Below the pieces are notes generated by a model that worked only from the letters and a program-made list of their open reading frames with translations, was not told where the DNA came from and made no database searches. From the NCBI GenBank assembly GCA_044892505.1, contig CM097883.1:302436001-302500000 (forward strand): a stretch of 64,000 bases of DNA, read 5' to 3'. The position numbers and the translations under genes were made by a program. Shown here in pieces: positions 1-9,028 of the stretch. The DNA comes from Schmidtea nova. Taxonomy: Eukaryota. The stretch's first letter is position 1; the number at the start of each line of letters is the position of its first letter.

Positions 1-630
1 ATTAGGCCGTTTCATTCCTGCTTAGAGCATACTGGTATTGAAAAGAAAATTAGAGCCATTAAAAATGAATTTTAATGGCCAGCATTGGATAAAGAGATAC
101 CGAAAGTTATTATAACATGTAAGGAATGTTTATTTAATAAAAACTTAAACGGACAAATGAAAGCACCTTTACAAAACATTGTAGGTGAAAGACTATTCCA
201 GATTATTGGAATCGATATAACAGAACCCTTTAAAGCAACAACGGGGGTTACAAATATATACTAGAAATTATTGATTATTTCTCGACTTATATAAGCTTAA
301 TACCAATGACAACGACAGATGCACCGAAGATTGCACAAGAATAATGGAGAAATTAAATATCAAACTTCGGTGTACCCGAGAGAATACACTCTGATTTTGG
401 AAGTAACTTTCAATCACAAATTTATCTTGAATACTGCAAAATCTTGGGTATTCAAAAAGCCTTCACTTCACCATATTAATCGCAAAGGGATGGACTGGTA
501 GAAAGATTATTTGGAACGGCTAAAAGTATGATAGGCGCGGTTTTGGAAGAAAGGAAGACGTGGGATTGGAGCACGATTCTACCAACCAGAGTTTGAGCTA
601 AGAAGCACTAAACAGAAAACCACAACGTTT
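1..630 (+). pseudogene. Decayed Ty3/gypsy integrase fragment (older, unrelated element)
   Basis: Hand translation across frameshifts and stops gives HTGIEK..F*WPALDKEI..TCKEC (HHCC zinc finger), GIDITEPF, IIDYFS, FGVPERIHSDFGSNFQS and DGLVERLF (DDE core). Several in-frame stops. Confidence 0.85.
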
Positions 631-944
631 AATCGGAAAAGCAGTTCAAAGTCATTGTGAATTTTTACAAAGGCTTGTCATTGTCAGAAAATATATCAGA
701 GATTTGAATTAACTGTAATTTCAGATAAAATTTTCTGTGTTGGGTTATTTTTGTGAATCATTCTTAGGAACACCAAAGAGTCAGATAAATAGCACTGACT
801 AAAATTGAATAAATATCCAACAAGTTTAAAATTAATAATAGTTAAAAATAATAATAATAATTAAAAACAAAAAATTATTGTTAAAAATAGTAATAACTTT
901 TTTAAAATGGTGTTTACTTAATTGAAAATTGGCACTTAAAAATA

Positions 945-1099
945 TAGGTATCCCTCGAGTTACACGGTTAATTGGTTCCACGTAATTCGAGACTCAGAAT
1001 TAGTGCAAACTACAATATGGAGTTTCAATATACCGTATTTTCTTTTTAAATAAAAATTGGTCCAAAACTGCGCAACTCAAGTAACTCAAGGGATACCCG
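945..1099. mobile_element. Short MITE-like relic with pogo/Tigger-like inverted ends
   Basis: GGTATCCCTCGAGTTAC (947-963) and GTAACTCAAGGGATACC (1081-1097) are 16/17 reverse complements. TA on the left only, so the TSD is not clean. Confidence 0.5.
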
Positions 1100-1847
1100 T
1101 GCAAACAAATATTTACTTTATTTAAACAAAAATTAAAATAAACCAATTGCAATTATTGTAAGCAATGCTATGAACAATAAATAAACAATTTAATTATTTG
1201 TACAAAAATTCTCTTTCAATTGATTCAAATAGTTAAATATCATATTTTTAAACAAAATTTACATTAAACTTAAACCAATTTTTCTTCTCTTTTTCAACAA
1301 AATAATTTTTTTTAACAATTCAGAATAAAATCCATTTTTTGTAAATCAAAATTTTTAAAAATTAATAGTTTTAAAAAGGTTATTACACCCATCCTCGATT
1401 TACATGAAAGTTATGTTCCACGTTAAAGCGATACTGCGTAAATTGAAATCAAGGAAATAATTTTGAAATCAAGGAATAATTAGTAAATAGGTTAGAAAAT
1501 CGAGAATTGAAATCAAGGAATAATTAAAAATATTTAAACATCGTAAAAACCACACAATTATATTTAAAAATCAAAACAGATCCAGAAGCCACACTACTTC
1601 TAATATTTTCTCATTTTTTAATAGTGCGCATGGTAGATTCATTCATTCCACTGATGTGCAACCATCTCCATTTAACAAACGATCCAAAATTTCAATCTTT
1701 GTTTCTAAGAAATTATATTTCTCTTACGGTTACCTTTTGATCCTGTATTCAATTTTCTGTGTAGAATAAACTTTTCATTCAAAGTATTGTGAAATTAATA
1801 AAAATATTATAAGACACGGATTAAACGACTTCAAAGCATATTGAAAA

Positions 1848-1851
1848 CAAA
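1848..1851. repeat. 4-bp target-site duplication CAAA (partner at 31444-31447)
   Basis: ttgaaaa-CAAA-[TGTTGGG ... CCCAGCA]-CAAA-tatg. Confidence 0.85.
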
Positions 1852-2199
1852 TGTTGGGCCCACCAATTGGTCTAAAAAGGCAAAAATATTGTACTAATTT
1901 AAACAATAAATACAAATAATAACCACAAAAACATTCGAAAAACCTAAATTAAAAATTAAAATAAAATAATAAATAATAATTACTAAATTTCCAGCAAAGG
2001 AAGAAAATCAAATTGACACGAGAACGAGCAGTATGGGGGTCTGAAATAAGAAAATTACAAATAAAATCAAATAAAAGTACAATTAATTGGTTAATTACTT
2101 GAAAAATCGGGACCACCCAGCGAGAAATCTGAACCGGAAATTTAAAATGGTTTATATTAAAATAAAATAACAAAATTACTTTGATGGACGGCCGGATCC

Positions 2200-2235
2200 T
2201 GATTGGTCAATCTGACCAACTGGATCAGTATAAAT
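2200..2235 (+). promoter_or_regulatory. Candidate LTR promoter: inverted CCAAT-like pair plus TATA box (copy at 28725-28760)
   Basis: GATTGG and TTGGTCA-atc-TGACCAA (2203-2219) followed by TATAAATA at 2229-2236. Motif-based only. Confidence 0.55.
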
Positions 2236-3154
2236 ACCAATCCAAAAATCATAAAAACAACACCTAAAACTTAGCTACCGAACTGATCTATCATAGTCAG
2301 TTACATCAACTTTGATACGACAAATATTGTGTAAAATTTTGGAAACGCTGCATCTTGGATTTTAAGAGTAAATTTTGTTGTATTGTATTTGCATTAATTT
2401 TATGATATGTTTTACATGATTCCCATTCATTTCATTTTATTTAATATAATTTATTACTATTAATTGCTCTATTTTTCTTATGCTATTATTTTATGATATG
2501 ATATGATAAATATACTTCCTCAGTAGCTCACGCTGCGAGGGAGTAAGCCGTAAATGTGGGATTTCACCGTTCCACAAGATGGTGAGCAGAGTTTTATTGG
2601 TATTTGTATTTAATTCTATTTTTATCAGAGGTTTAACTTTACGGTGAAGTTGTGCAGGGACAAGGACACGGGTAAAATTAGTAGACAGTATTTAACATTA
2701 GTTAAGTAACATTCGATCAGACAGGAGAGAATAAACTACAGTATCAATGATCATGTCAACTAAATCGATTTCGCATATGCACACGATTTTTTCGAATCCA
2801 CATAGCTGATCGAAATAATGTCCGGACACACCGAGACGATTTCGACATTTCAACGATAGTTTCAATTAAGATATAAATAACAACATAATCAGATCGACAC
2901 TACTGATTGAATAAGTGAAATCGTAACCTGATCGCTGTAAATAGCGCAGGTGATAATATGTAAAATTTTAATAAACATATCCCGATCGCTGTATATAGCG
3001 ACGGTGTTAATTGAATAGCTTAGAAAATATTTTTATTCCTCCTTTTCCTATTTTTTTTTGTTTGTTGATCAACGAGAAGAGCACATTTCATTAGGTCTCA
3101 CCAAAAATTGCGGATTTGTCACAGTAAATTCCATTAGCATTATTATTTTCTCAG

Positions 3155-3655
3155 ATGGAATCAACGATACTGGATGAATTTCTAACAACCCAACGTCATG
3201 TGGCACGGGTCGAAAATCCTCCAATCCGGACGCAACAGAAGAAATTGAAGTCGCTTCCACAGGAACTTCTCAGAACGCTAAATGCGTTGAGGTATAAATG
3301 GAGACGGGAACTAGGAAAGAAATGTCCATTTTCGATTTGGGCCGGTGGATTAGATACCATCATATATCGTGGAGGCCCCGGATGGGAAATTCAGGACAAA
3401 AGAGACCGGGAGACGACAGCTCCATTCATCATAGTGGTGACAGACCGCGAAGGAAATCCAACGACAGTGATCCATTGGGGATATGTCTCACCGCTCAAGT
3501 TGCTTCACTTTGGGTTGATTCCGAACCACCTACCGAAAACGTGCCAAGGGCGTCCCAAACTAAACTGTTCGATGGCTCACATCCGACGAGATCCAGTCAA
3601 TCACGGGTTGCATATTACCCCCGTTCACGGCCTCAAGCGAAGCGTTTTTCACTAA
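3155..3655 (+). CDS. LTR-encoded ORF A, 166 aa, unknown function
   Basis: ATG directly after acceptor-like ttattattttctcAG. GC-richer, coding-like island in an AT-rich LTR. No family recognised. Confidence 0.6.
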   Translation: MESTILDEFLTTQRHVARVENPPIRTQQKKLKSLPQELLRTLNALRYKWRRELGKKCPFSIWAGGLDTIIYRGGPGWEIQDKRDRETTAPFIIVVTDREGNPTTVIHWGYVSPLKLLHFGLIPNHLPKTCQGRPKLNCSMAHIRRDPVNHGLHITPVHGLKRSVFH

Positions 3656-3839
3656 ACGTTATATTCACATTTTTATGAACTAAACTATTTCCATAAATTA
3701 AATGGTATTGATCTGTGTTTGGCTTGTTCTTAGTTAAATTTATTTCTATTTATTTAATCATATAATTTTTACACTCGACGGATAATATTAATCGTTGGTA
3801 ACATAATTGCTGCATCATAAAATGGGTTTGTTATTTAGT

Positions 3840-4430
3840 ATGACGGAAACTAGCCAACAGCGAGAATTGGACAAGGCGTGGAGAATCCGCCGAGCCTTAG
3901 AAAAGGAGCTAAATCAGGAAAAAGCATTACGAGCCAAGGCAGAAGCTCAGATTCAGTATTTACGGACCAGCTGGTTCGCCCCAGCCCGTATGAAAGAGCA
4001 GATGAGTCGGACGGAAAGGGCTCAAAAGACAGCTGACGATTATCGCACCGAATGGGAAGCAACAAAAATTGAGTTGCGCCGATGTCTCCATTCGGTGACG
4101 ACTTCATTTATCGAGTCCGAATTGAAAGCACAAATCCGACCTATCACCTACCAGAAATGGGTAGGAGAACAGAAAGTGGCCTGCTCGGTCAGTACGGACA
4201 CCGATGGGCTCGAGGCAACAACAGTGCAGAGTCGGGTGGAAACCACCCCTGTACCAAACCCCGTCGGAAAAACGAACAAGCGAAAACGAATCGGCTCCAA
4301 ACGCCGTCGCCAAAGAAAGCTGTTCTCTCAGCAGCTACAAGCACAAGTAACCACGATGGCAGAGATGTCGGAAGCCGAGTGGTTATCAGAGATATTCCCT
4401 CCCGAAGGAATTTTCAAAGAATTTCTGTAG
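3840..4430 (+). CDS. LTR-encoded ORF B, 196 aa from first ATG; coiled coil plus Arg/Lys-rich motif
   Basis: ttgttatttAG-T-ATG start. N-terminal heptad-like region and KTNKRKRIGSKRRRQRK (4269-4319). The track start at 3807 is a TTG. Confidence 0.7.
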   Translation: MTETSQQRELDKAWRIRRALEKELNQEKALRAKAEAQIQYLRTSWFAPARMKEQMSRTERAQKTADDYRTEWEATKIELRRCLHSVTTSFIESELKAQIRPITYQKWVGEQKVACSVSTDTDGLEATTVQSRVETTPVPNPVGKTNKRKRIGSKRRRQRKLFSQQLQAQVTTMAEMSEAEWLSEIFPPEGIFKEFL

Positions 4431-4924
4431 CAGATAGAATCATAATATGATGTCAGATTTTGGAGTTAATTAAATCTTTGCTGGTCTTGTTTTTTTGTTG
4501 TTGTTATTTCCTAGGTATTTCTTTCGATTACATAATTCATATAATTAAATTTAAATTACACGTCACACAAACGAAAGGAGTAGCGATAAAGGATTTAAAT
4601 ATTATCAAATTCGTAGTTTCGTTTTGCTTGTTTTTTCGTTTTTATGGTAAATACATAGCCTCACACGCACAAAATAGAACAATAATTGCGTAAGTCCTTC
4701 TACGGCCGCGTGAACCCGTAAACATAAAGGGGGAGTAGTCCTAGCAATAGTGCTCACCTGCCCCTCATTGTTTAGCCACCCTGCGCATCACCAACTTGGT
4801 TATCAAGGGAAATAACCAAGGGCGCTCGAGTGTAACTTACGACTATTTATGCATGATCATGGATGGGAGATCCCTAGCCATCATTAAAATTTTTACCAAC
4901 CCGTCCATGAACCCAGCATAAATT

Positions 4925-4942
4925 TGGGGGCTCAGCCGGGAT
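4925..4942 (+). promoter_or_regulatory. Primer-binding site, tRNA-Pro type
   Basis: TGGGGGCTCAGCCGGGAT, 6 nt after the 5' LTR; 16/18 identical to the classic tRNA-Pro PBS TGGGGGCTCGTCCGGGAT of MLV. Confidence 0.85.
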
Positions 4943-5298
4943 CAACTTCGTTTTATCGGAAAAATGTGAATGCAAAATCTGCAGAGAAGTTTAAAATGCT
5001 CGTGTCGTGTGAATAAATTTAATAAAAACAGAAAATTTGTAATTAAATCTAAATTATGTACAAAAATAAACAACAAACACAACAGCAAATAAAAGTAAAG
5101 TTATAAAAATCGAATGCATGCATAAATAATTTGTCGGGACGACAATTTTCGGAAACACGGGGAGAGTAAATAAATGCTAAAAGATGCAAAACGAAACATA
5201 TTACTACTTTAAATAAATATTAAAAGACACAAAACGAGACATATTACTACTTTAAAATTATAAAAACAACAAAGTTAAAACGATTATTTATTCAGCAA

Positions 5299-5760
5299 AT
5301 GGAGGAAAAACTGAAAGAAATCGAAGAATTTCTCAACACAGAAAGCGAAACATTAGCAACAATTGGCAAGAAAATAAACCGATTTAGAGAACTTGATTTT
5401 CAAGAACCCACAACACAGACCGAGGAAACAGATGAATTAATAAAGATAACAGAAAGAACAAGTAAAATCGACATAAAAACCCGCTACAAATGGTACCGAG
5501 CACGACTAGAGAATGCGGAGCTAAACATTAGATGCAGACAAATAGAACAACAATTAACCCCAACATACAATCGATGGAGGGCGCAAGGGGTAGAAGCAGC
5601 GAAAAAATACCGACAGTGCTATATATGTGAAAACAACGAGACACAAATTATGTTTTTACCTTGCGGACATTTCCGTTTTTGTAAGATCTGTGCCAACAAG
5701 CGTGACCGGTGTCCGATGTGCAACTTTACTGTGAATGAAAAAATTATGGTTTATTTGTAA
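5299..5760 (+). CDS. 153-aa protein with C-terminal IAP/MDM2-type C3HC4 RING finger (E3 ligase-like)
   Basis: CYICENNETQIMFLPCGHFRFCKICANKRDRCPMCNFTVNEKIMVYL* has the spacing and extreme C-terminal position of XIAP/cIAP RINGs. No BIR seen. Acceptor tttattcAG-caa-ATG. Confidence 0.9.
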   Translation: MEEKLKEIEEFLNTESETLATIGKKINRFRELDFQEPTTQTEETDELIKITERTSKIDIKTRYKWYRARLENAELNIRCRQIEQQLTPTYNRWRAQGVEAAKKYRQCYICENNETQIMFLPCGHFRFCKICANKRDRCPMCNFTVNEKIMVYL

Positions 5761-6237
5761 TAAATGTTTAGAGTTGATTAGTAAAAGGTCGAATGGTGAA
5801 TCATGGGAACAATCATTGTATTTAAATAATTTTTGAGCTACTGCAAAGTAGTCCGATAAGAATCCATTGGGGGGTACCGATTGATCAACCTAGTCAGGGT
5901 GTATAGAAAGGGGCCCATCGCAAATGTTGGAAAGTTTTTGTGATGTGATTGATCACCACATCCTGCATTAATAGACCAACGCGATCTTTTTGTATATTGT
6001 GGTTGGGGAGAGAGACAGGGAAATCTTGATGGAGTAAAGCGCGCATAAGAAAATAAATAAAAAGTTGAAGCAGACTGATCAGGAATTAGTTATGATAGAA
6101 TAAGGAGATAAATGACAATTTTTGAAAGAATAAAAGGTGCATAGTCAGCTCGCATAGAAGTAGTTATAACTCAGCTGAGAAATTTTAATCGCTAGCGAAG
6201 TAGGGAATTGTGATTAACCGGTTAAGTAAAGTTATAA

Positions 6238-6528
6238 GAGATTTGTCCCTTGAAACAAAGGGTTATGAGATTTGTCCCTTGAAACAAAGGGTTAGGAGAT
6301 TTGTCCCTTGAAACAAAGGGTTATGAGATTTGTCCCTTGAAACAAAGGGTTAGGAGATTTGTCCCTTGAAACAAAGGGTTATGAGATTTGTCCCTTGAAA
6401 CAAAGGGTTAGGAGATTTGTCCCTTGAAACAAAGGGTTAGGAGATTTGTCCCTTGAAACAAAGGGTTATTAGAGTTGTCCCTTGAAACAAAGGGTTATTA
6501 GCGGTTTGTCCCTTGAAAAAAAGGGTTG
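6238..6528. repeat. Tandem array of 10 x 29-bp hairpin-forming units
   Basis: GAGATTTGTCCCTTGAAACAAAGGGTTA(T/G), starts 29 bp apart from 6238 to 6441, then two degenerate copies. Confidence 0.95.
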
Positions 6529-6569
6529 AGGCCAACGAGCCTTATTGAATGACCTAGCTAGGCGTTATA

Positions 6570-6762
6570 GAGAGATTAAATTGAGGCCAATAGAGCCATT
6601 TGAGAGATTAAATTGAGGCCAATAGAGCCATTTGAGAGATAAAATTGAGGCCAATAGAGCCATTTGAGAGAGTAAAATGAGGCCAATAAAGCCAGGAGAG
6701 ATATTAAAATGAGGCCAATAGAGCCATGTGAGATATAAAATTGAGGCCAAAAGAGCCATAGT
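6570..6762. repeat. Tandem array of 6 x about 32-bp units each containing GGCCAAT/GGCCAAA
   Basis: GAGAGATTAAATTGAGGCCAATAGAGCCATTT at 6570, 6602 and 6634, with degenerate copies at about 6666, 6696 and 6730. Confidence 0.93.
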
Positions 6763-7336
6763 GGATTATAGAGATATCCGGATAAATAGTAACAGAGGGA
6801 ATATAGACCCATAGTGTAATCGTCGACGAGATTTAGAATAGTGCGCACTAGTAGTTAAGAAATGCGAGTAAAGCTGATTATGCAACCTTAAATAAAGCAT
6901 GCAAGGAGAATAGAAAAAATTTGGGCTGACCGGAGCAACCGGCAGAATGAGTAAAACAATTGCTAGCAGGGAATAATGAATAGAAATGATAAAATAATGA
7001 TAAACGAGTCAGAAAGACTCAGGGAATTAGAGCGCTCGAGCGACCAATAAATTGGGAAACTGTGGGAAAAGTAATTGATTTGTTAAAACATAGATAATTA
7101 TTACGACATAAATAGATAATTGTGACCAGTCTATAGATAAATTAAATAGACTAAAAATAAAGGGGAATCTGGGAATTGGGAAATAATGAAAACCCAGTAA
7201 TAAGTAATCCCGAAAGAAAGGGAATAAAAGCGTGACGATAACAATAATGTATCGTTGAGGACCTTTGTATTTTAGATATACAAATCAATCAAATCAATCA
7301 ATCAAGCAAGAAGAATCAGAACACGATAAGAGATAG

Positions 7337-9019
7337 GACAAGAAAATTGAGTATACAAAAGTAATCCCCTTGAGAAAAGGAGCAAAGAGTGTCGTAGTAA
7401 AACCAACGGAAAAGAAAGTCGGCAGCAATATTAATAAAAAAGACAAAATTAGTACTACAACAAAAACAGCAAAAAAGCAGAAAGCCGGCAAAGATAACAA
7501 CAAGAACCCACAAGGGAGTAAAGCGAGGAAGATAATAAGAGATAAATCGATTATCGAAAACGATAAATTGTCAGTAGTAAGCAACAGCTCAAGTAACAAA
7601 GAAAACCAAACGGAACCCAAGGAGAACCAAACAAGTGAAATTGAAATCGACGAAACTAACAACGATAATATCGAAGAAATAGAACACGAGATAGAACAAG
7701 AAGGAGAAACCGACGAAACTAACAACGATAATATCGAAGAAGTAGAAAACGAGGTAGAACCAGAGGTAGAAATCAACGAGAGTGATAACGAAAGTATAAT
7801 ATCGGATAACGAAGTAATAAGAGAAACAGAAAGCGATTCAAGCTCGAGTGAAACAGAAGACGAACATAACAACGAACTAGAAACAAGAGGAAACGAAAGT
7901 AAAATAACTCAAGACAGCGGAATTGAAATGGGTGAACCAAGAGAAGAAATAAAGGATAAATTTTCAGGAGAACCGTTTAACGGAGATGCGAGTAAATTAG
8001 AAACCTTTTTAAAGGAATTTGGCATATTCGTGGAAGTATGCAAGTGGAAAGCGGAAACAACAGTAAGCAGAATTCAATTATATTTGAAAGATAGTGCATT
8101 GGACCTATATTTGGAAGCGAAAAATGGTACCAATCCACCTACAAGCTGGTCAGCGATAAAGGATTTTTTCCAACAAACATTTGGAATAAATAAAGTGCTA
8201 AGCGAGGCATTCATAGAATTTTCAATGAGGAAACAAAAGATGAATGAATCTAATGCGGTATACGCGAGCGAACTGAAAAAATTAGCAAAATCGGTATTCA
8301 AGGATGGAGGTCCAATAAACGAGGAGTTAATGGCAGCCATCTTCATAGGAGGATTAAGAAGACCCGACATAAGAGCGCAAGTGGGATGCCAAGGATGCAA
8401 AACCATAGATCAAGCGTTAGAAACAGCTAACAGATTCGAATTACATATGATAGGAAGTGAGGGCAGAATTTATTTAGCCATGGACACAGCACAAAACGAA
8501 CCAGAAGTAAACCTCAACAATCACATTCCAAATTCGCAACAATTAAACCGACCACCCCCTCAACGAAGGAATGAAGGAAATAAAGTGCAGAACTTTGGAA
8601 ACCAAAACAATTACAACCCTCAAGGACAAACAAAACAATGTAAAACATGCGGGAAGTTGGGACACTGGCAGCAAGAATGCTATCAAAATTTGAATTGCGG
8701 AAAATGTGGAGTTAAAGGACATTCGGAGAGTAGATGTTCTACGATAATCTGTTTTAATTGCGGACGACCTAGTCACTATTCAAGAAATTGCGGACAAAAA
8801 AGTAATCAACGAGGAAACTGGCAGAGTAATGGGAACCGACCAAATTACGGAAATCAAACAAACACCGTAAACCGACAAGATTATGGGAACCAACAAGTCA
8901 ATAATAACAATAGTCAGAACAAAACTACCACCAAAGAAATACATTTGATGCAAGAAGTTCAAAGGTTGACGGAACTGATAAACAATACGACGAGAGGAAA
9001 TCCGCAAACCAATCAATAG
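7337..9019 (+). CDS. gag: Gag (acidic/basic N-terminal extension, capsid-like domain, three CCHC zinc knuckles)
   Basis: Frame open from 7337; first ATG only at 7928. Capsid-like FNGDASKLETFL..RKQKMNES..YASEL. Knuckles CKTCGKLGHWQQEC, CGKCGVKGHSESRC and CFNCGRPSHYSRNC (about 8639-8785). Confidence 0.93.
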   Translation, partial: DKKIEYTKVIPLRKGAKSVVVKPTEKKVGSNINKKDKISTTTKTAKKQKAGKDNNKNPQGSKARKIIRDKSIIENDKLSVVSNSSSNKENQTEPKENQTSEIEIDETNNDNIEEIEHEIEQEGETDETNNDNIEEVENEVEPEVEINESDNESIISDNEVIRETESDSSSSETEDEHNNELETRGNESKITQDSGIEMGEPREEIKDKFSGEPFNGDASKLETFLKEFGIFVEVCKWKAETTVSRIQLYLKDSALDLYLEAKNGTNPPTSWSAIKDFFQQTFGINKVLSEAFIEFSMRKQKMNESNAVYASELKKLAKSVFKDGGPINEELMAAIFIGGLRRPDIRAQVGCQGCKTIDQALETANRFELHMIGSEGRIYLAMDTAQNEPEVNLNNHIPNSQQLNRPPPQRRNEGNKVQNFGNQNNYNPQGQTKQCKTCGKLGHWQQECYQNLNCGKCGVKGHSESRCSTIICFNCGRPSHYSRNCGQKSNQRGNWQSNGNRPNYGNQTNTVNRQDYGNQQVNNNNSQNKTTTKEIHLMQEVQRLTELINNTTRGNPQTNQ

Positions 9020-9028
9020 CAAATTAGC

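Larger units (their letters stand above)
1852..4918 (+). repeat. 5' LTR (3067 bp)
   Basis: Matches 28377-31443 along its whole length. Identity stops after CCCAGCA (4918) and before TGTTGGG (1852). Confidence 0.97.

Noticed and set aside
319-501. 60-aa ORF as a gene
   Set aside because: Wrong frame of the decayed integrase relic.
3298-4693. Overlapping LTR ORFs 3298-3678, 4082-4450 and 4460-4693 as extra genes
   Set aside because: The first two are alternative frames of ORF A/B and take the non-synonymous hits from LTR differences. The third starts at TTG in T-rich, intron-like sequence.
6238-6528. CRISPR-like array (29-bp palindromic repeats containing GAAAC)
   Set aside because: Units are head-to-tail with no unique spacers, no cas genes, and a eukaryotic context.
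7247-9019. Non-standard genetic code (UAG reassigned) explaining in-frame TAGs
   Set aside because: A 4749-aa ORF and the host exons contain no internal TAG/TAA, so the standard code fits.
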